A stretch of DNA of 64,000 nt from a virus (lineage: Duplodnaviria; Caudoviricetes): positions 240-64,239 of the IMG/VR virus record IMGVR_UViG_3300033145_001841; one strand, given 5' to 3'. Under the pieces are notes generated by a model. That model had not been told where the DNA came from. It was given only the letters and a program-made list of their open reading frames with translations, and did no database searches. This document shows positions 60,827 through 64,000 of the stretch, in pieces. Made by a program: the position numbers and the translations under genes. Each line of letters opens with the position of its first letter. Position 1 is the first letter of the stretch.

Positions 60827-61453
60827 ATGGGTGTTGGCGCAGACATAAAAGAAGCTCTCGAAGAAGTGGGCGTCTCCTATACCATTGTCCGGGATGCCGG
60901 TAATGTTTCTGGAGAATATGGTCTACTGGAGTTCTCTTCGCAGGTCACAAAACCGCTGACAATCGAGGCTTTCAGGCGCGGAATGACGCCTTATGACACA
61001 GCGCTTATCGCCGGGGATGTGGTTCGTTTTGACGTAGTTGACGAAATGTATCTCGCAACGAATATGCTCCCTGAATTGTTTGTGAACGATATCGTCCATT
61101 ACGACACTGTTTTTTATAAGTGCAACGTGGCCAGCGGTGAGTTGTCCAGGCCCAGCGGTGAAACGTGGGATGATCCTTTGGACCAGTACCATAAAGAAAC
61201 CGGGTGGGAAGTGATTAACGACAACTGCAATGCCATGCAGGTGGCCGCGCTTTACGGAAACGACCTTGAGACGGATAAAGAACTCGCGTTGTTAGGGCTG
61301 CAAGAGAACGAAGTCTTAATCCCACATTCTATTGGAGCGCAGGTATTGGACCGTTGGCAGCCCGCAAGCGGAGAATATTACCAGATAAGCGTAATCGAAC
61401 CCAGGCGTTATCCGAACATAGATGTGCTGATCATCGAAGAAGACAGAAGATAA
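60827..61453 (+). CDS. putative head closure protein
   Basis: Position; acidic beta-rich sequence. Confidence 0.4.
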   Translation: MGVGADIKEALEEVGVSYTIVRDAGNVSGEYGLLEFSSQVTKPLTIEAFRRGMTPYDTALIAGDVVRFDVVDEMYLATNMLPELFVNDIVHYDTVFYKCNVASGELSRPSGETWDDPLDQYHKETGWEVINDNCNAMQVAALYGNDLETDKELALLGLQENEVLIPHSIGAQVLDRWQPASGEYYQISVIEPRRYPNIDVLIIEEDRR

Positions 61454-61476
61454 AACAATCTTCCTGGAGGAAGAAA

Positions 61477-63471
61477 ATGAAACGAGTGCTTTTTGTGGGT
61501 GAAAACCCCCTCATGACAACCGGAAATGCAAACATGCTGGCCGCGATACTCAAGCGGCTGGATACGGACAAGTACGCCCCATCATGCCTGGTATCGGGGA
61601 ATGTAGACCCGAGCCCGATCCTTTTCGATCCTACGCCTTACACCATCGCAAACGCTTCAACGCCTGAAGACCATTGGGGGAACAAACGACTTGTCTCTCT
61701 CATCCAAGGTACTGACTTCGACTACCTGTGCATGGTTGGGGTTGACTTCTGGCGGTACCTGCCTGCGTGGGGTGCGATTAAGCAGCTCCGGGACGCGAAG
61801 AAATTCAAGTGGATATCCATTTTTCCGTATGACCTGTGGAAAATGCAGCCATCGTGGGTGAAATACCTGAACGCACTGGATTACCCCTGCGTTTATTCTC
61901 AGTACGGATACGACGCCCTGAAACCATACGTCCCGAATATCAGATATTACCGACCTGAATTGAACGGATGGGAGATGTTTACGCCGGCACAAGATAAAAT
62001 AGCTGCCCGGAAAGAGGTGTTCCCAAACGTGCCGGACGATAAGACCATTTTCGGCTTTATTGGTGTCAACCAGATCCGCAAATCACCTGAGATCCTGATA
62101 AAAGCGTTTTTCGAGGCCAAAAAAGAGAACCCGGATATTGTCCTGTACCTGCATTGTGAAATGGGCCATCTGTACAACTTGAAGCAGATTGCCCAGGACT
62201 GCGGCGCCAAAGACGGCGACGTGATCTCAAAGCAGCAAGGCATGTTGTATTCGAGAGACAAGATGCCGACTATCTACAACGCTTTGGACTGCGTAATCAA
62301 TTGCAGCATGCAGGAGGGCCTTTCGTGGACGCCTCTTGAGGCCATGGCGTGTGGGGTCCCCGTGATTGCATCCGACACCACGGCGCAAACTGAGCTTGTC
62401 AAAGGTGTGGGCGGTCTGGTCCCCTGCAATAATCTTTCTTTCGTGCCGATGTCCGGTGAAAACGGGCCGGTCACGATTGAATCACGAGCTTGCCACGTAT
62501 CTGATATCACCCGGGCTATCTTAGATGTGGCCGTGAACGATAATCTTCGAGAAGCCATGTCAATAAAAGGGTTGAAACGGGCGAAGGAGTGGTTCGCCGG
62601 CACGAACGACATCAACGCATTATTGGCAGAAGCCGGTAAAAGAGTTAAGCCGCCAAAGCAAATCCCTGCGGTGTTGTTCGCTCAGCACTCTTCCGCGGGC
62701 GATGTGCTTATGACGACCCAGTGCTTCAAGGGAATCAAGGAGCGTCACCCGGGCATGCCGTTGGTCTATATGACGCAGAAGGTCTTTTCCGGCATTGTTT
62801 TCGGGAACCCGTACATTGACGAAATCATAGAGTGGGATGAGCGCCATCTGAAATCATACGATGTGGTCTACAACCCGCACGGGGAACACATCCTTCACGG
62901 TGGTTTCAACAACCTGGATGTGACGCTTCACAGTATGTACCCGTATTTCACGAACGTTGTACCGGACGAGATGTTCATTGATCCGGTGAAACCAAAGATT
63001 GAGTTGTCAAACGAATACATCGTCGCCCACACAACGGGTGGCAGTAAAAAATATCGATCCTACCCGCACATGGATATGGTCTTAAAGGACATCGGCCTGC
63101 CTGTGGTCCAACTCGGAGGCCCCGGCGATTTGAGGTGCAAATCTGACCTGGATCTATGCGGCAAGCTCACATGGCAAGAATCTGCTTGGGTGATGAAGAA
63201 CGCCAAAGCCGCCGTTGTGGTTGACAGCTTCTTGTCTCACCTTGCTGGTGCTGTTGGAACTGATGCCGTGGTCTTGTACGGGCCAGCTCCGCCGCGCGTT
63301 GTTCAACCAAAAGCTCAAGGGTGTAAAATCGTGAATTTGAAACCGGACATGCTAAAAGTGTGTAAAAATATGACCCATTGTTGGGGGCAGCAACAACAGT
63401 GTAATTCGCCTTGCATCAACTCAATAAATCCTCTTGACGTCCGGAAGGCTTTGGAGGAACTGTTATGCTAA
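61477..63471 (+). CDS. bifunctional glycosyltransferase (GT4 + GT9-like)
   Basis: GVNQIRKS and EGLSWTPLEAMACGVPVI (GT4); SAGDVLMTT and DSFLSHLAGAVG...LYGP (GT9). Confidence 0.9.
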   Translation: MKRVLFVGENPLMTTGNANMLAAILKRLDTDKYAPSCLVSGNVDPSPILFDPTPYTIANASTPEDHWGNKRLVSLIQGTDFDYLCMVGVDFWRYLPAWGAIKQLRDAKKFKWISIFPYDLWKMQPSWVKYLNALDYPCVYSQYGYDALKPYVPNIRYYRPELNGWEMFTPAQDKIAARKEVFPNVPDDKTIFGFIGVNQIRKSPEILIKAFFEAKKENPDIVLYLHCEMGHLYNLKQIAQDCGAKDGDVISKQQGMLYSRDKMPTIYNALDCVINCSMQEGLSWTPLEAMACGVPVIASDTTAQTELVKGVGGLVPCNNLSFVPMSGENGPVTIESRACHVSDITRAILDVAVNDNLREAMSIKGLKRAKEWFAGTNDINALLAEAGKRVKPPKQIPAVLFAQHSSAGDVLMTTQCFKGIKERHPGMPLVYMTQKVFSGIVFGNPYIDEIIEWDERHLKSYDVVYNPHGEHILHGGFNNLDVTLHSMYPYFTNVVPDEMFIDPVKPKIELSNEYIVAHTTGGSKKYRSYPHMDMVLKDIGLPVVQLGGPGDLRCKSDLDLCGKLTWQESAWVMKNAKAAVVVDSFLSHLAGAVGTDAVVLYGPAPPRVVQPKAQGCKIVNLKPDMLKVCKNMTHCWGQQQQCNSPCINSINPLDVRKALEELLC

Positions 63472-63839
63472 ATGTAAAACGAATGATTTTGTCTGCCGAT
63501 GATGAAGAAGTCCAGTTAAGGGCAAAAATGTTGTTGATCCAGACTATCCTTAACGGGGATATCTTGGAATTTGAGAATGAAATTGAACTCATTGATGCGT
63601 GGGATGATAACGAAGGTTGCATGGGGAAGGCTTTTTCAGGGGTGAGAGATTTGATAATCCGCATAAGGGATAAGGCTGTTGGAGAAGATATCGAGATTAT
63701 CCAATGCCCTGTCATCAAAGGGTGCTCTTGCTTCGGCACATTAAAGCTCGCTGCCGGATGTAGTCACAACTCTAACCTAGAATCAAGATGTGCTGTGGAG
63801 CTTTGTCCTCGGCTATCGAAGCAGGAGAAAAAGTTATGA
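63465..63839 (+). CDS. hypothetical protein
   Basis: ORF overlapping both flanking GT genes. Confidence 0.5.
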   Translation: MLNVKRMILSADDEEVQLRAKMLLIQTILNGDILEFENEIELIDAWDDNEGCMGKAFSGVRDLIIRIRDKAVGEDIEIIQCPVIKGCSCFGTLKLAAGCSHNSNLESRCAVELCPRLSKQEKKL

Positions 63840-64000
63840 TAATCGGAATGAAGGGATTAAATGAGCGGAATTCAGTCAAACCCGTAATAGGCGACATCCA
63901 CGAAGAACCGTGGGTGGACCGGATCATTGTTATAGACGGCGGTTCAACGGACGAGACTGTGTTTGAACTAAAGCAGTTTTCAAAAGTCGAAGTCTACCAG
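63836..64000 (+). CDS. GT2-family glycosyltransferase, 3'-truncated by window
   Basis: MIIGMKGLNE...IIVIDGGSTDET; open to the window end. Confidence 0.8.
   Translation, partial: MIIGMKGLNERNSVKPVIGDIHEEPWVDRIIVIDGGSTDETVFELKQFSKVEVYQ

Noticed and set aside
1-64000. Self-targets of the pentamer arrays and a second DGR VR
   Set aside because: None found by eye, but a gapped-pattern search was not possible, so absence is not established.

Overview
The window is about 64 kb of a temperate tailed-phage genome, apparently in excised or circular form: the integrase sits beside only the 3' half of a tRNA-Glu, and phage genes lie on both sides. The order is: 3' end of a DGR-diversified receptor-binding gene with a complete DGR (VR, hairpin, avd, TR, RT); lysis genes; attP, integrase and excisionase; a leftward early region; a CI/Cro-like switch; replication (TOPRIM primase fused to an MCM-like helicase); accessory genes; terminase, portal and head genes; and glycosyltransferases. 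Tail genes lie outside the window. Three things stand out. (1) Two unrelated stand-alone RAMP/Cas7-like genes, each with a small partner gene and flanked by non-coding arrays of strict 5-nt period: (GAC-NN)n at 22.2-23.6 kb and (NNN-RT)n at 35.2-36.2 kb. There is no CRISPR array or other cas gene, so these are candidate RNA-guided systems with a gapped code. (2) An integron-type array of six attC sites inside the phage, with no recognisable intI, carrying a 951-aa fused restriction-modification gene as a cassette. (3) A tRNA-shaped RNA whose anticodon loop is replaced by about 130 nt. All calls were made by eye; no database searches were run.
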